Shown here one piece after another: positions 28,447 through 37,282 of a stretch of 64,000 nt of DNA. The stretch comes from Candidatus Pelearchaeum maunauluense (GTDB lineage Archaea > Thermoproteota > Nitrososphaeria_A > Caldarchaeales > Caldarchaeaceae): contig JANVYQ010000003.1 in NCBI GenBank assembly GCA_030059675.1, positions 138,822 through 202,821 of the forward strand, given 5' to 3'. Position numbers and translations under genes: made by a program. Each line of letters begins with the position of its first letter. The first letter of the stretch is position 1. The notes under the pieces were generated by a model, which made no database searches, was not told where the DNA came from, and saw nothing but the letters and a program-made list of their open reading frames with translations.

Positions 28447-29736
28447 TTGTTGGGGAGAGGACCTAAATGGGTAAGTCTTTTGATTGTGGGGTTTGGTTAT
28501 CTTAATAAGATGCGTGGAGGTGTGGTTGGCGGCTTGGATAGGCGGTTTGGAGAGCTCTCTCCTCCTGAGAGGCTTTTGATGGGGCCCGGTCCTGCTAACG
28601 TCGAGCCGCGTGTACTTAGAGCGATGGCGCTACCCGTTGTGGGGTATTTCGACCCCTTCCTCTTTGAGGTTATGGAAGACATCAAGGAGCTTCTTCGTTA
28701 TGTCTTCCGTACGAGGAACGAGCTCACGCTACCTGTTTCAGGAACTGGGAGCGCGGGTATGGAGGCTATAATCTACAACCTTGTGGAGAAGGGCGACGAG
28801 GTTGTAGTGGGGGTCAACGGCTTCTTCGGGGCTAGGATGGCTGAGATGGTTGAACGGGCTGGTGGGAAGGCGATAGGGGTCAGGGAGAGTCTTGGGAAGC
28901 CTATAGCGGCGGAGGCAGTTGAGGAGGCGCTCAAAAACTCCAACGCCAAGATAGTTGCGTTGGTTCATGGCGAGACATCCACTGGGGTTCTCCAAAACCT
29001 GGAGAAGATATCCAGGATAGTTAAGAGCTATGACGCGCTCCTGGTTGTTGATGCGGTAACCACGCTGGGCGGCTGCGAGCTGGAGGTTGACAAGCTTGGG
29101 ATAGACGCCTGCTATAGCTGTAGCCAGAAGTGTCTAAGCTGCCCGCCTGGGCTCGCGCCAATCACGTTGAATGAGCAGGCTCTGGCGAAGATTAGGGAGA
29201 GGAAGAGCAGGGTTCAGAGCTGGTATCTAGACATAGGGCTTATTGAGAAGTATTGGATGGGTGGTGAGAGGAGCTATCACCACACACCGCCTGTGAGTAT
29301 GCTTTACGGCCTTAGGGAGGGGCTTAGGGTTGTGTATGAACAGGGTATTGAGCGAAGATGGGAGCAGCACAGGATTAACAGCGAAGCTCTGGTAGCTGGG
29401 CTAGAAGCCATGAACCTAGAGCTGCTGGTTGAGAAAGAGCATAGACTACCGCCGCTAATAGCGGTGAAAATACCCGACGGCGTCAAAGACCAGGCTGTAA
29501 GGAAGCAGCTGATTAGCGAGTATGGTATAGAGATAGGCGGCGGCCTTGGGGAGCTTAAGGGCAGGATATGGCGTATAGGTGTTATGGGAGTGAATGCGCG
29601 CGAGAAGAATATAATATACCTGCTAAGCTCTTTGGAGAAGGTTCTGGCAGCGGAAGGCTATGGGGTTAAGCTTGGGAAGGCATGTGAGGCCGCTTCAATC
29701 TTCTATAACAGCCTGGTACAGAAGCAGACCACCTAG
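28447..29736 (+). CDS. Class V aminotransferase (alanine-glyoxylate/serine-pyruvate type)
   Basis: LLMGPGP, SGTGSAGME, HGETSTG, VDAV, SQKCLSCPPG, YHHT; true start probably about 28534. Confidence 0.9.
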   Translation: MLGRGPKWVSLLIVGFGYLNKMRGGVVGGLDRRFGELSPPERLLMGPGPANVEPRVLRAMALPVVGYFDPFLFEVMEDIKELLRYVFRTRNELTLPVSGTGSAGMEAIIYNLVEKGDEVVVGVNGFFGARMAEMVERAGGKAIGVRESLGKPIAAEAVEEALKNSNAKIVALVHGETSTGVLQNLEKISRIVKSYDALLVVDAVTTLGGCELEVDKLGIDACYSCSQKCLSCPPGLAPITLNEQALAKIRERKSRVQSWYLDIGLIEKYWMGGERSYHHTPPVSMLYGLREGLRVVYEQGIERRWEQHRINSEALVAGLEAMNLELLVEKEHRLPPLIAVKIPDGVKDQAVRKQLISEYGIEIGGGLGELKGRIWRIGVMGVNAREKNIIYLLSSLEKVLAAEGYGVKLGKACEAASIFYNSLVQKQTT

Positions 29737-31536
29737 CTACTTCTTCAGAGACCTATAAACAACCGCAGAGGCGAATAGCGCGGCCGAAACCAGCACAGCG
29801 GCGGCTCCCGCGTTTGTTCCCACATAGTAGGAGATGTATAGCCCAGCTACTGCTGACGAGCCTGCTATAGCCATACTCTTGGCTATGAATTCCGTAGGTC
29901 TCTTTGATGTTAGAAATGCTGTTGCTGGCGGTATTATGAGAGCCGCTATTGCTGGTATCGCTCCTATAGTCATGAACGCCGAGACTGTGGCAAACGCAAG
30001 TAGGAGGAGAAGGCCGTAATGAACCGCTCCAGTCCGCATCCCCAGGGCGTTGGCTCCGAGGGGGTCAACCGTGTATATCAGGAGAACCCTGCCGAAGAGG
30101 AGGGCGAATACTGTTATGGCTGTGGAGAGGATTATTGTGCGTGTCATCATCTCGGTTGAGACAGCCGTAACGTCTGCGAAGAGTATATCCTCTATTGACA
30201 GCGTGGCGCCTCCTATGTAGGAGAGTATGGCTATCGCCAGAGCCAGCATGGTTGTAAATGTTACCGCTATTATCACATCTGTCCTAAGCTTTGTTCTCCT
30301 CTCAACGGAGCTCACTATTATGGCTACGACCAAGCCAGCGGTGAGTGCCCCTAAAAAGAAGTCGAAGCTCATCAGGTATGCCGCCACCAAGCCTATGATT
30401 GAGCCGTGTGCTAATGCGTCGGCGAATATAGCCCAGCCGCGTATTACTGCGAAGGAGCCGACGAGTGAGGCAGCTACTATTGCCAGTATGAGGGTAATAG
30501 CCCCCCTCTGCATGAACTCATACTTGAATGGGCGTAGAATCGGGTTGTCAAATATACCATCATCACTTCCTCTCGATGCGCTAGCCTTAGGCGATGTTGA
30601 TAGCGAGGAGACAATCACCTCGGTATTCTTCTTCATCATATCAATGTACGTATTGACGCCATAATCAGGCGCTAGAGACTCTATGTAAAGAAACTCAACA
30701 ACATCCACTCCAGCTTTCTCGGCTAAAGTTTCGATAACCTCGCGGAGCGTGGTCGCGGCCTCTTCATACTCCACAAAGAAGACAGGAACCCCCTCAGCTA
30801 CCGCCGTCTCGAAGAGCTCTATAACACTCCGCGTCTGGGGCTCGTATGTCCCAGCATAGCCAGTGACGTACCCGACTATCTCAAGGCCATATCTATCGGC
30901 GAAGTATTGCATCGTGTTCCTTACGGAGACCAGCTTCCTCTCGGAGGGTTGTAATGTGCTTATGCGGGCTTTTATCCACTCATCAAGTTGTTGCAACTCT
31001 TCTATGTATCTCTTAGCGTTTATCCCATACTCCTCAGCACCGCTGGGGTCTATCTCTATGAGAATTGGGACGATCTTCTGAACGAGTTTCTCAACCTTGG
31101 TTGGGTCTAGCCAGAAGTATGGGTTTGGAATTTCTGCAGCGTTCTCTATCCTCTTCTCTAGGACTTTATCTAGCATCCTTACCACTCCTACCCCGTTCTT
31201 TATGCCGTCTGCGTAAGCTCCTAGGACTGCCTCGTATCCATAGCCAACATAGAGGAATAGGTGTGCGTCTGCTATTCTCTCAGAGTCGGCTGGAGTAAGC
31301 TCGTATGTTGCAAGATTTACCCCAGGTTTTATGAGGCTCTCCACCACAGCTCTGTCTCCAGCTACTCTGCCCACCACATCAGCTAGCGGGGGGACTGTTA
31401 CTATGATATAGAGACCACGCTCACCATGATTATTGTTTTGTGAATAACGGAGAGTAGCTAGGGTAATGGAGCTGGAGACAATTATTATGACGACAACTAC
31501 TATCGCTAGAGCCAGCGTCGTCCTTTTCATTTTCAC
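29737..31536 (-). CDS. Fused metal ABC substrate-binding protein plus permease (Mn/Zn/Fe)
   Basis: N-terminal SBP (YELTP.D, NPYFWLDP, YFADRYGL) joined in frame to an ABC-3 permease (FMQR, DALAHG, ILFAD). Confidence 0.88.
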   Translation of the reverse strand: MKMKRTTLALAIVVVVIIIVSSSITLATLRYSQNNNHGERGLYIIVTVPPLADVVGRVAGDRAVVESLIKPGVNLATYELTPADSERIADAHLFLYVGYGYEAVLGAYADGIKNGVGVVRMLDKVLEKRIENAAEIPNPYFWLDPTKVEKLVQKIVPILIEIDPSGAEEYGINAKRYIEELQQLDEWIKARISTLQPSERKLVSVRNTMQYFADRYGLEIVGYVTGYAGTYEPQTRSVIELFETAVAEGVPVFFVEYEEAATTLREVIETLAEKAGVDVVEFLYIESLAPDYGVNTYIDMMKKNTEVIVSSLSTSPKASASRGSDDGIFDNPILRPFKYEFMQRGAITLILAIVAASLVGSFAVIRGWAIFADALAHGSIIGLVAAYLMSFDFFLGALTAGLVVAIIVSSVERRTKLRTDVIIAVTFTTMLALAIAILSYIGGATLSIEDILFADVTAVSTEMMTRTIILSTAITVFALLFGRVLLIYTVDPLGANALGMRTGAVHYGLLLLLAFATVSAFMTIGAIPAIAALIIPPATAFLTSKRPTEFIAKSMAIAGSSAVAGLYISYYVGTNAGAAAVLVSAALFASAVVYRSLKK

Positions 31537-32330
31537 GCACTCTTGATTATGCCATACGCCCTTCTGATGTTATCCTCTGTGAATACCTCGTTTGGCCGCC
31601 CCTCTATGATTACTCTCTTGTTAAGTAGTACAGCGCGGTCAAAATCCCCCATATCGGTTATATGATGCTCAGTAACTATGACGAGCTTTCCCTTACGCTT
31701 CTCTCTGGCCAGTATCTCCATGATAAGCTTCTCAGTAGGGATGTCTATTGATTCAAAAGGCTCGTCCAGCAAGTATATCATAGCTTCCTGAGCTAGGGCT
31801 CTGGCTATTACTGCGCGGTTGAGCTGGCCTCCTGAGAGCTCCGATAATCTTCTATCAGTTATGTCCTCAAGCTTAACGGCTTTGAGGCTCTCTTGAATCT
31901 TCTCCTCGTCGTGTGAGTTCATGCGCCTGAGCGGTTTTAGATGGGGATACCTCCCCAACGCCACTAAGTCTCTCACGGTTAGAGGCGCGTTAATGTTAAG
32001 CTCCTTCAACTGCGGCACATAGGCGATTAGCTTACGAACTCGAAGCTCTCTATACGGGTCTCTACCCAGAACAGACACGGCGCCACGTAAAGGCCTGACT
32101 AAACCCGCAATAGCCTTCAGAAGAGTTGTCTTACCGCCACCATTAGGGCCAACGAATAAAATCATCTCACCCAGCCTGGCCTCCAAGCAGACGCCCTCAA
32201 TAGCGGCGCCATTAGCAGCGCTATACGCAACCTCCAAATCCCTAACACTCAGCGCTGGCTCTCCATGCCTTGCTTGGAGATTATTTACCAACGCTTGTTC
32301 CGCCAGCTCTCTTATGCTTGCTGATTTCAT
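31533..32330 (-). CDS. Metal ABC transporter ATPase
   Basis: GPNGGGKTT, YVPQ, LSGGQ, LLDEP. Confidence 0.92.
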   Translation of the reverse strand: MKSASIRELAEQALVNNLQARHGEPALSVRDLEVAYSAANGAAIEGVCLEARLGEMILFVGPNGGGKTTLLKAIAGLVRPLRGAVSVLGRDPYRELRVRKLIAYVPQLKELNINAPLTVRDLVALGRYPHLKPLRRMNSHDEEKIQESLKAVKLEDITDRRLSELSGGQLNRAVIARALAQEAMIYLLDEPFESIDIPTEKLIMEILAREKRKGKLVIVTEHHITDMGDFDRAVLLNKRVIIEGRPNEVFTEDNIRRAYGIIKSA

Positions 32331-32341
32331 GCTGCTCGCCT

Positions 32342-32375
32342 TTTTAGCCTAGGCTAAAATTTAGCCAAGGCTAAA
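32342..32375. promoter_or_regulatory. Tandem DtxR/MntR-type operator palindromes
   Basis: TTTTAGCCTAGGCTAAAA (perfect, 32342-32359) followed by TTTAGCCAAGGCTAAA (32360-32375), between the divergent ABC operon and the regulator. Confidence 0.8.
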
Positions 32376-32428
32376 ACTATTATAGTTAAATATAAACATT
32401 ACCCCGAAAAGCCCAGGCCAGACCATCC

Positions 32429-32920
32429 TTGGATCAGAAAAACCGACTAGAAGCCCTCAAGCGCGGACATAAAAAGAGGAAAGGAGCAAGAAAAGTCTCA
32501 GAAGAATATCTGGAAGCCATATACGAGCTTGCAAGGCAGCAGAAGAAGGCTAGGCCGATAGACATCTCGCGTACGCTCAACGTTGCGCCCAGCACTGTAC
32601 GTAAGGTTCTGAACAGGCTGGTTCAGCAGGGCTATGTGGCATACGAGCCTTACAGGGAGCTAACGCTCACAGAGCAGGGTGAGGAGCAAGTCTATAAACT
32701 AAAGAAGCGACACGACACCCTGGCTAAGCTCCTAACAATACTCGGAATGGAGCCCATGGACGCTGAGGTGGAGGCTGAGCGCATAGAACATAACCTAACA
32801 GAATATTCTACAGAGTTCTTCCAAGCCCTCTTGGAAGCGTTGGAAGAAAACCCAGAAGCGTTGGCGATGCTCCGCAGTAAGATAAGTGAGCGGCTGGCTA
32901 GGGTAGTTAAACCCATGTAG
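32429..32920 (+). CDS. DtxR/MntR-family metal-dependent repressor
   Basis: EEYLEAIY, YEPY, LTEQG, RHDTL, EAERIEH. Confidence 0.92.
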   Translation: MDQKNRLEALKRGHKKRKGARKVSEEYLEAIYELARQQKKARPIDISRTLNVAPSTVRKVLNRLVQQGYVAYEPYRELTLTEQGEEQVYKLKKRHDTLAKLLTILGMEPMDAEVEAERIEHNLTEYSTEFFQALLEALEENPEALAMLRSKISERLARVVKPM

Positions 32921-32977
32921 ATTAGGGCAGGCCAACTTTATCAATAACTAGAACAAAGACTATGCTGGTGATGTTGT

Positions 32978-33460
32978 TTGGGTAAGACTGGAAGACAGAT
33001 TGTAAAGGCAAACGTGGAAGAAGTTATCTCAGACTTGCTGAAAGCCTACGCCGACGAGTGGCTAGCACACTACCAATACTGGGTAACAGCCCAGTGGATT
33101 CGCGGAATTGATGCAGATACACTAAGACCAATACTGCTGAAGCAGTCTGAAGATGAGTTGAAGCATTCTGAGAAGCTTGCGCGTAGAATAATCCAGCTGG
33201 GCGGGAAGCCCGTGTTGGATTTTAAAGACCTGCTCGCAGCTAGTGGCTGCGGCTACATACCGCCCCCCAACGATCCGACGGATATAAAGAAGGTTATAGA
33301 GGATGTTCTTAAAGCGGAGGAATGCGCCATAAAGTTCTACAGCAAGATGGTTGAAAAGTATAGAGAGACCGACGTGGTGACGCATGAACTCTTTGAGGAA
33401 TTGCTTGAAGACGAGGTGGACGACGAGGAGGAGTGGGAGAACATCCTCGCAAAGCTCTAA
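32978..33460 (+). CDS. DPS-like (DpsL) ferritin-superfamily protein
   Basis: AYADEWLAHYQY, DELKH, RIIQLGG, AEECAI..Y, D.VT. Confidence 0.85.
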   Translation: MGKTGRQIVKANVEEVISDLLKAYADEWLAHYQYWVTAQWIRGIDADTLRPILLKQSEDELKHSEKLARRIIQLGGKPVLDFKDLLAASGCGYIPPPNDPTDIKKVIEDVLKAEECAIKFYSKMVEKYRETDVVTHELFEELLEDEVDDEEEWENILAKL

Positions 33461-33465
33461 GCATT

Positions 33466-33996
33466 TTATCCTTTCTTTTCAAACACAACATAGTAGAAGA
33501 TTTTTGAGTGTTGCTTCTCTATACGTATCTTAAACATCTCTCTAAGTAGAGAAAGCGTCTCTATCATGCTCTTCTCCAGGTGTTGCGGCGGGTGGGGCGA
33601 GTATCTGGCGCCTTCAGCGTCCCAGTCCAGCAGTATCCCCAGCCCCTCGCTCTTCATAACCCTATCAACCTCACCCAACGCCTGGCGCTTATCCAATACA
33701 TGGTGAAACGTTATCGCAGTCGTTACGTAGTCAAAGAACCCATCCTTGAACGGAAGCTCTTCTGCGCGCGCTCTCTTTAGGCTTAGCCTTCCAGAGATAA
33801 TCTGCTCGCGAAACCTGCAGGTAGCTGAGTCTATGGGTTGCTGCTCTGGGTCTATGCTCCATATCCTCGCGTTTTGTGGAGCGTTCTCTAGGAGGAGCTC
33901 TACGTTGGTTGTGAATCCTGTCCCTATGTCTAGTATTGTGCTGTCAGGCTTTACGAGGAGCATTCGGTAGAGCTTGGCCAGCGTCTCCTGCCACAT
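33466..33996 (-). CDS. Class I SAM-dependent methyltransferase
   Basis: ILDIGTG, AEELPF.DGFFD, FHHV. Confidence 0.85.
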   Translation of the reverse strand: MWQETLAKLYRMLLVKPDSTILDIGTGFTTNVELLLENAPQNARIWSIDPEQQPIDSATCRFREQIISGRLSLKRARAEELPFKDGFFDYVTTAITFHHVLDKRQALGEVDRVMKSEGLGILLDWDAEGARYSPHPPQHLEKSMIETLSLLREMFKIRIEKQHSKIFYYVVFEKKG

Positions 33997-34172
33997 CCGA
34001 TTATCTTCACCGCCTACTCCATGCTGGGCGGGCTATGTATGTTGTTCGTAGATTATTTTACGCTAATCGTTTATATTATGGCGATATCCGTATGAATTTC
34101 CTCACTGTTTATGCGGAGGGCAACGTTTTTATACGAATATAGTAGCAAGACCTGCCAGGTGTCCTAGAAGAC

Positions 34173-35573
34173 TTGCGCCGCGAGCTGCTGGACTCAACGC
34201 TCCGCGAGGGAGAGCTCTTCAAGGTCTTCAGTAAGGAGGTGAAGGTTAGGATAGCCGGGAAACTGGCAGAAGCAGGGCTAAAGCGTGTGGAGCTTACAGT
34301 AGATTATCCGCCCAGAACAACCTACCAGGACGTAAAGCCAGTTGTTGATGTATTGCAGGACTATGGTGTCTTGGCTGTTCTCCACGGTAGGGCTCATGAC
34401 CAGGATATACGCGCTATGGCGCGTTATGGTGTTGAGGGCTGCGCTCTCTACCTCTCCCTAACGCAGTTGCATAGGGAGTTTAAGCTGCATGGTATCAGCT
34501 TGGACGAGGCTGTAAAACGGCTTGCCGACGCTGTAGCGGTTGCGCGCGAGCTGGGGTTTAAATACGTTAGGGCGACTGTTGAAGACGCCTCGCGCCTCTT
34601 CGTTGAAGAGGGATGGCGCGGCATCCAGCTCATAGGAGAGACGATAGGCGTGCTCAAACGCGCTGGGGCTACGCTGGTGAGCGTCCCCGACACGGCTGGG
34701 CTACTAACCCCTAGGAAGGCCGCGGAGTTCATAAAGAGTGTCAAGAGGGTATCAGAGCTTCCGATAGCAGCGCATTTCCACAACGACTATGGTATGGCTT
34801 CTGCCAACACGATTGAAGCCGCGCTGGAAGGCGCTGACGAGCTTCATGTAACAGTTATGGGGATAGGCGATAGGAATGGGATAGCAGACCTATACGAGGT
34901 GGCTGCTACGCTGGAGGATGTCCATGGAATAGAGACGGGAATAGACAGAGACAAGCTAGGCCAGCTCTACCGCTTCTTCTCGCGCGCAACGGGTATCAAG
35001 CTGCCTTGGAGGCACCCGCTCTCGGATGAGGCTAGGAGAATCCGCGCTGGAGTGCATCAGTCTATGACTATAAAAAGGCCAGAAGGCTATATACCCGCAA
35101 AGAAGCTGCAACACGACTTTGGAGCGCTGCTCTACGAGATGAGCCCATACGTTAGCCATAAGCTGGTCGCGGCCATATTGGGTGAGCGCTCGGTTGATGA
35201 GCAGCGTGTTAGGAGGCTTACTGAAGTTCTAGCGGTAGCTGTGAGGCAGACGCGCTCCAGACCAAGCCTAGAGGAGCTTAGGGAGATTATAAAGCATGAA
35301 GCGGGGGTTGAGGTGAGCATAGGCCAGCTGGAGAGGTTCTTCGGTAGTGAGAGGGTGTATATCTTGGTGAAGCTAGACCCCCGCGCCCCCGCGCGTGAGA
35401 TAGTGCACGAGCTTATGGGCTGGGATGATATAGAGAGCGTTGACGAGGTCTATGGTGATGCTGATATGGTAATAACAGCCCAGATGTCGTATAGGCATGA
35501 TAACGTCGTAAACAGGATAAGACAGCGTTTCGCTGAGGTTATTGAGGATATGAAGGTCTTGGTAACCGACTAG
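34173..35573 (+). CDS. Homocitrate synthase-like DRE-TIM enzyme with C-terminal RAM (Lrp/AsnC ligand-binding) domain
   Basis: LDSTLREGE, VPDTAG, HFHNDYG, GIGDRNG, AGVH; C-terminus VDEVYGDADMVI. Confidence 0.75.
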   Translation: MRRELLDSTLREGELFKVFSKEVKVRIAGKLAEAGLKRVELTVDYPPRTTYQDVKPVVDVLQDYGVLAVLHGRAHDQDIRAMARYGVEGCALYLSLTQLHREFKLHGISLDEAVKRLADAVAVARELGFKYVRATVEDASRLFVEEGWRGIQLIGETIGVLKRAGATLVSVPDTAGLLTPRKAAEFIKSVKRVSELPIAAHFHNDYGMASANTIEAALEGADELHVTVMGIGDRNGIADLYEVAATLEDVHGIETGIDRDKLGQLYRFFSRATGIKLPWRHPLSDEARRIRAGVHQSMTIKRPEGYIPAKKLQHDFGALLYEMSPYVSHKLVAAILGERSVDEQRVRRLTEVLAVAVRQTRSRPSLEELREIIKHEAGVEVSIGQLERFFGSERVYILVKLDPRAPAREIVHELMGWDDIESVDEVYGDADMVITAQMSYRHDNVVNRIRQRFAEVIEDMKVLVTD

Positions 35574-35628
35574 CCTGAAAAGGATTATATTAAGCCCTTG
35601 GGGGAGGCGGCTAGTAGGGAGGGGCAGG

Positions 35629-35907
35629 ATGAGGATTCCATCACGAATAAACACTTACTGCCCGAAGTGTAATGCTCACACGGAGCATAGTGTGTCGTTG
35701 TATAAGAAGGGTAAGGAGAGGACTCTGGCGATAGGTGCTAGGCGCCACGAGAGGGAACTGCACGGCTACGGAGGCCAGAAATACCCAATACAGAGGAAGA
35801 AGGCCAAGACAACAGACAAGAAGGCGCTCCTACTCAAATGTACGAAATGCGGCCGCGTGGTTAACCGCGAGGGGATAAGGCTGAAGAAGCTGGAGATAGC
35901 GAGGTGA
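35629..35907 (+). CDS. rpl44e: Ribosomal protein L44e (eL42)
   Basis: TYCPKCNAHTEH, GYGGQK, KCTKCG. Confidence 0.96.
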   Translation: MRIPSRINTYCPKCNAHTEHSVSLYKKGKERTLAIGARRHERELHGYGGQKYPIQRKKAKTTDKKALLLKCTKCGRVVNREGIRLKKLEIAR

Positions 35908-35913
35908 TGAGAA

Positions 35914-36117
35914 ACGTCTAAAACCGAGTGGAGCAGGCTAATACCGAAGCCGACCAGCAAGTTCCTAGTCGTCATATGCAACGAGTGTAATAACAGGCAG
36001 ATTGTCTTTGACTCCGCTAAGATACAGGTAAAGTGCAACGTTTGCGGCGCTGTCCTGGCCCAACCATCTGGCGGTAAGGCGATAATAACAGGAAAGGTTG
36101 TAGAAGCTTATGACTGA
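35914..36117 (+). CDS. rps27e: Ribosomal protein S27e (apparent ACG start), not in ORF track
   Basis: (M)SKTEWSRLIPKPTSKFLVVICNECNNRQIVF...KCNVCGAVLAQPSGGKA; usual position between rpl44e and aIF2alpha. Confidence 0.92.
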   Translation, partial: TSKTEWSRLIPKPTSKFLVVICNECNNRQIVFDSAKIQVKCNVCGAVLAQPSGGKAIITGKVVEAYD

Positions 36118-36898
36118 GCAGGAGGCGCATCTCCCTGAGATAGGGGAGCTGGTAGTAGGTAAGGTAATGCGCATAGACCGCTTCGCCGCCTATCTAATCT
36201 TGGAAGACTATCCTGGAGTAGAGGCGTTCGTACACATATCGGAAATATCGCTCAAATGGGTCAGGAATATACGCGACTACCTCAGAGAAGGGCAGAGGGA
36301 CGTCTTTAAAGTAATTAGAATAAACCCAAAGGCTCTACAGGTTGATGTATCTCTCAGGAGGGTTTCGCAGAGGGAGAGAACTGATAAGATACTCGCTTGG
36401 AAGAGGAAGCAGAAGGTTGCTAAGATACTCTCAACGTTGAGGGAGCGTGCTGGGATTAGTGATGAGGAGATTGCCGAGCTGATTAAGAAGCCGCTGGGCG
36501 ATGAGGTGGATAAGATATATGATGTGTTTGAGAAGATTTCGGAAGGCGAGCCCGCGAGTAGTTTTCTCCCCAACCTTCCAGAGAAGATAATGCAGGAGCT
36601 TGAGGGCCTCGTTAGGCAGAAGATAAAGCATAAGATAGCAGTTATACAGGGCGACTTGGTTATGAAGTGTAATGGGAGGAATGGCGCTGAAGCAATAAGA
36701 ACAACAGCCCGCGAGATTGAGGGGCTGGCGGGTAAGAAGGAGGAAGTGAGCATAACTGTGAAGGGCTCTCCCCATTATTTGCTGCGCATAAAGGCGGCAG
36801 ACCAGGAGAGAGCGGAGGAGTTGCTTGAAGAAGTTTTGAGAAAGGCTGAAGAATTGATGAAGGGATTTGGGGGGAGTGTTGAGTTTAAGCGTGGCTAA
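36110..36898 (+). CDS. eif2a: Translation initiation factor aIF-2 alpha
   Basis: LPEIGELV, S1 domain HISEIS.KWVRNI, VDVSLRRV. Confidence 0.95.
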   Translation: MTEQEAHLPEIGELVVGKVMRIDRFAAYLILEDYPGVEAFVHISEISLKWVRNIRDYLREGQRDVFKVIRINPKALQVDVSLRRVSQRERTDKILAWKRKQKVAKILSTLRERAGISDEEIAELIKKPLGDEVDKIYDVFEKISEGEPASSFLPNLPEKIMQELEGLVRQKIKHKIAVIQGDLVMKCNGRNGAEAIRTTAREIEGLAGKKEEVSITVKGSPHYLLRIKAADQERAEELLEEVLRKAEELMKGFGGSVEFKRG

Positions 36899-37236
36899 AT
36901 AGGCCGCCTGCTGCTCTCTATCTTCTCTATCTTGAACTGGAGCGACCTACGCCTAACAATCATAGCCTTACCCTCCTGCTTGGCGTATTTCGCGTTGACC
37001 TCAACATCCATGGGCAGCGGCTCCTGCGTAGTCTCGACCTCAAGAACCCTAGCATCAGGCGGAAACTCGGCCAACCTACCCTTCCCAAGCTTAACCTCCA
37101 TACCAATATGCTCAAATCCGCCCAACGTCCTTGCAGGCTCCTCAAGAACAGTAACACGGTACCGCAGTATGTTCTTGGCGCGTTCAGAACGGGTTTTGGA
37201 GGCCTGCTTAGTAGATGTTACAGACATTACATACAC
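36895..37236 (-). CDS. Hypothetical protein
   Basis: 113-aa ORF filling the gap after the thiolase; no family recognised. Confidence 0.55.
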   Translation of the reverse strand: MYVMSVTSTKQASKTRSERAKNILRYRVTVLEEPARTLGGFEHIGMEVKLGKGRLAEFPPDARVLEVETTQEPLPMDVEVNAKYAKQEGKAMIVRRRSLQFKIEKIESSRRPI

Positions 37237-37282
37237 CGCTTAACATTCTTTCCGCCTACTTATTAAGCATACACCTGAATAA

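Noticed and set aside
35905-35916. Read-through fusion of L44e and S27e, which are in the same frame
   Set aside because: Two consecutive TGA stops and a good SD before ACG favour separate initiation
36895-36960. nop10 expected after aIF-2 alpha
   Set aside because: No Nop10-like ORF found; a convergent gene overlaps the aIF-2 alpha stop, so nop10 is probably elsewhere
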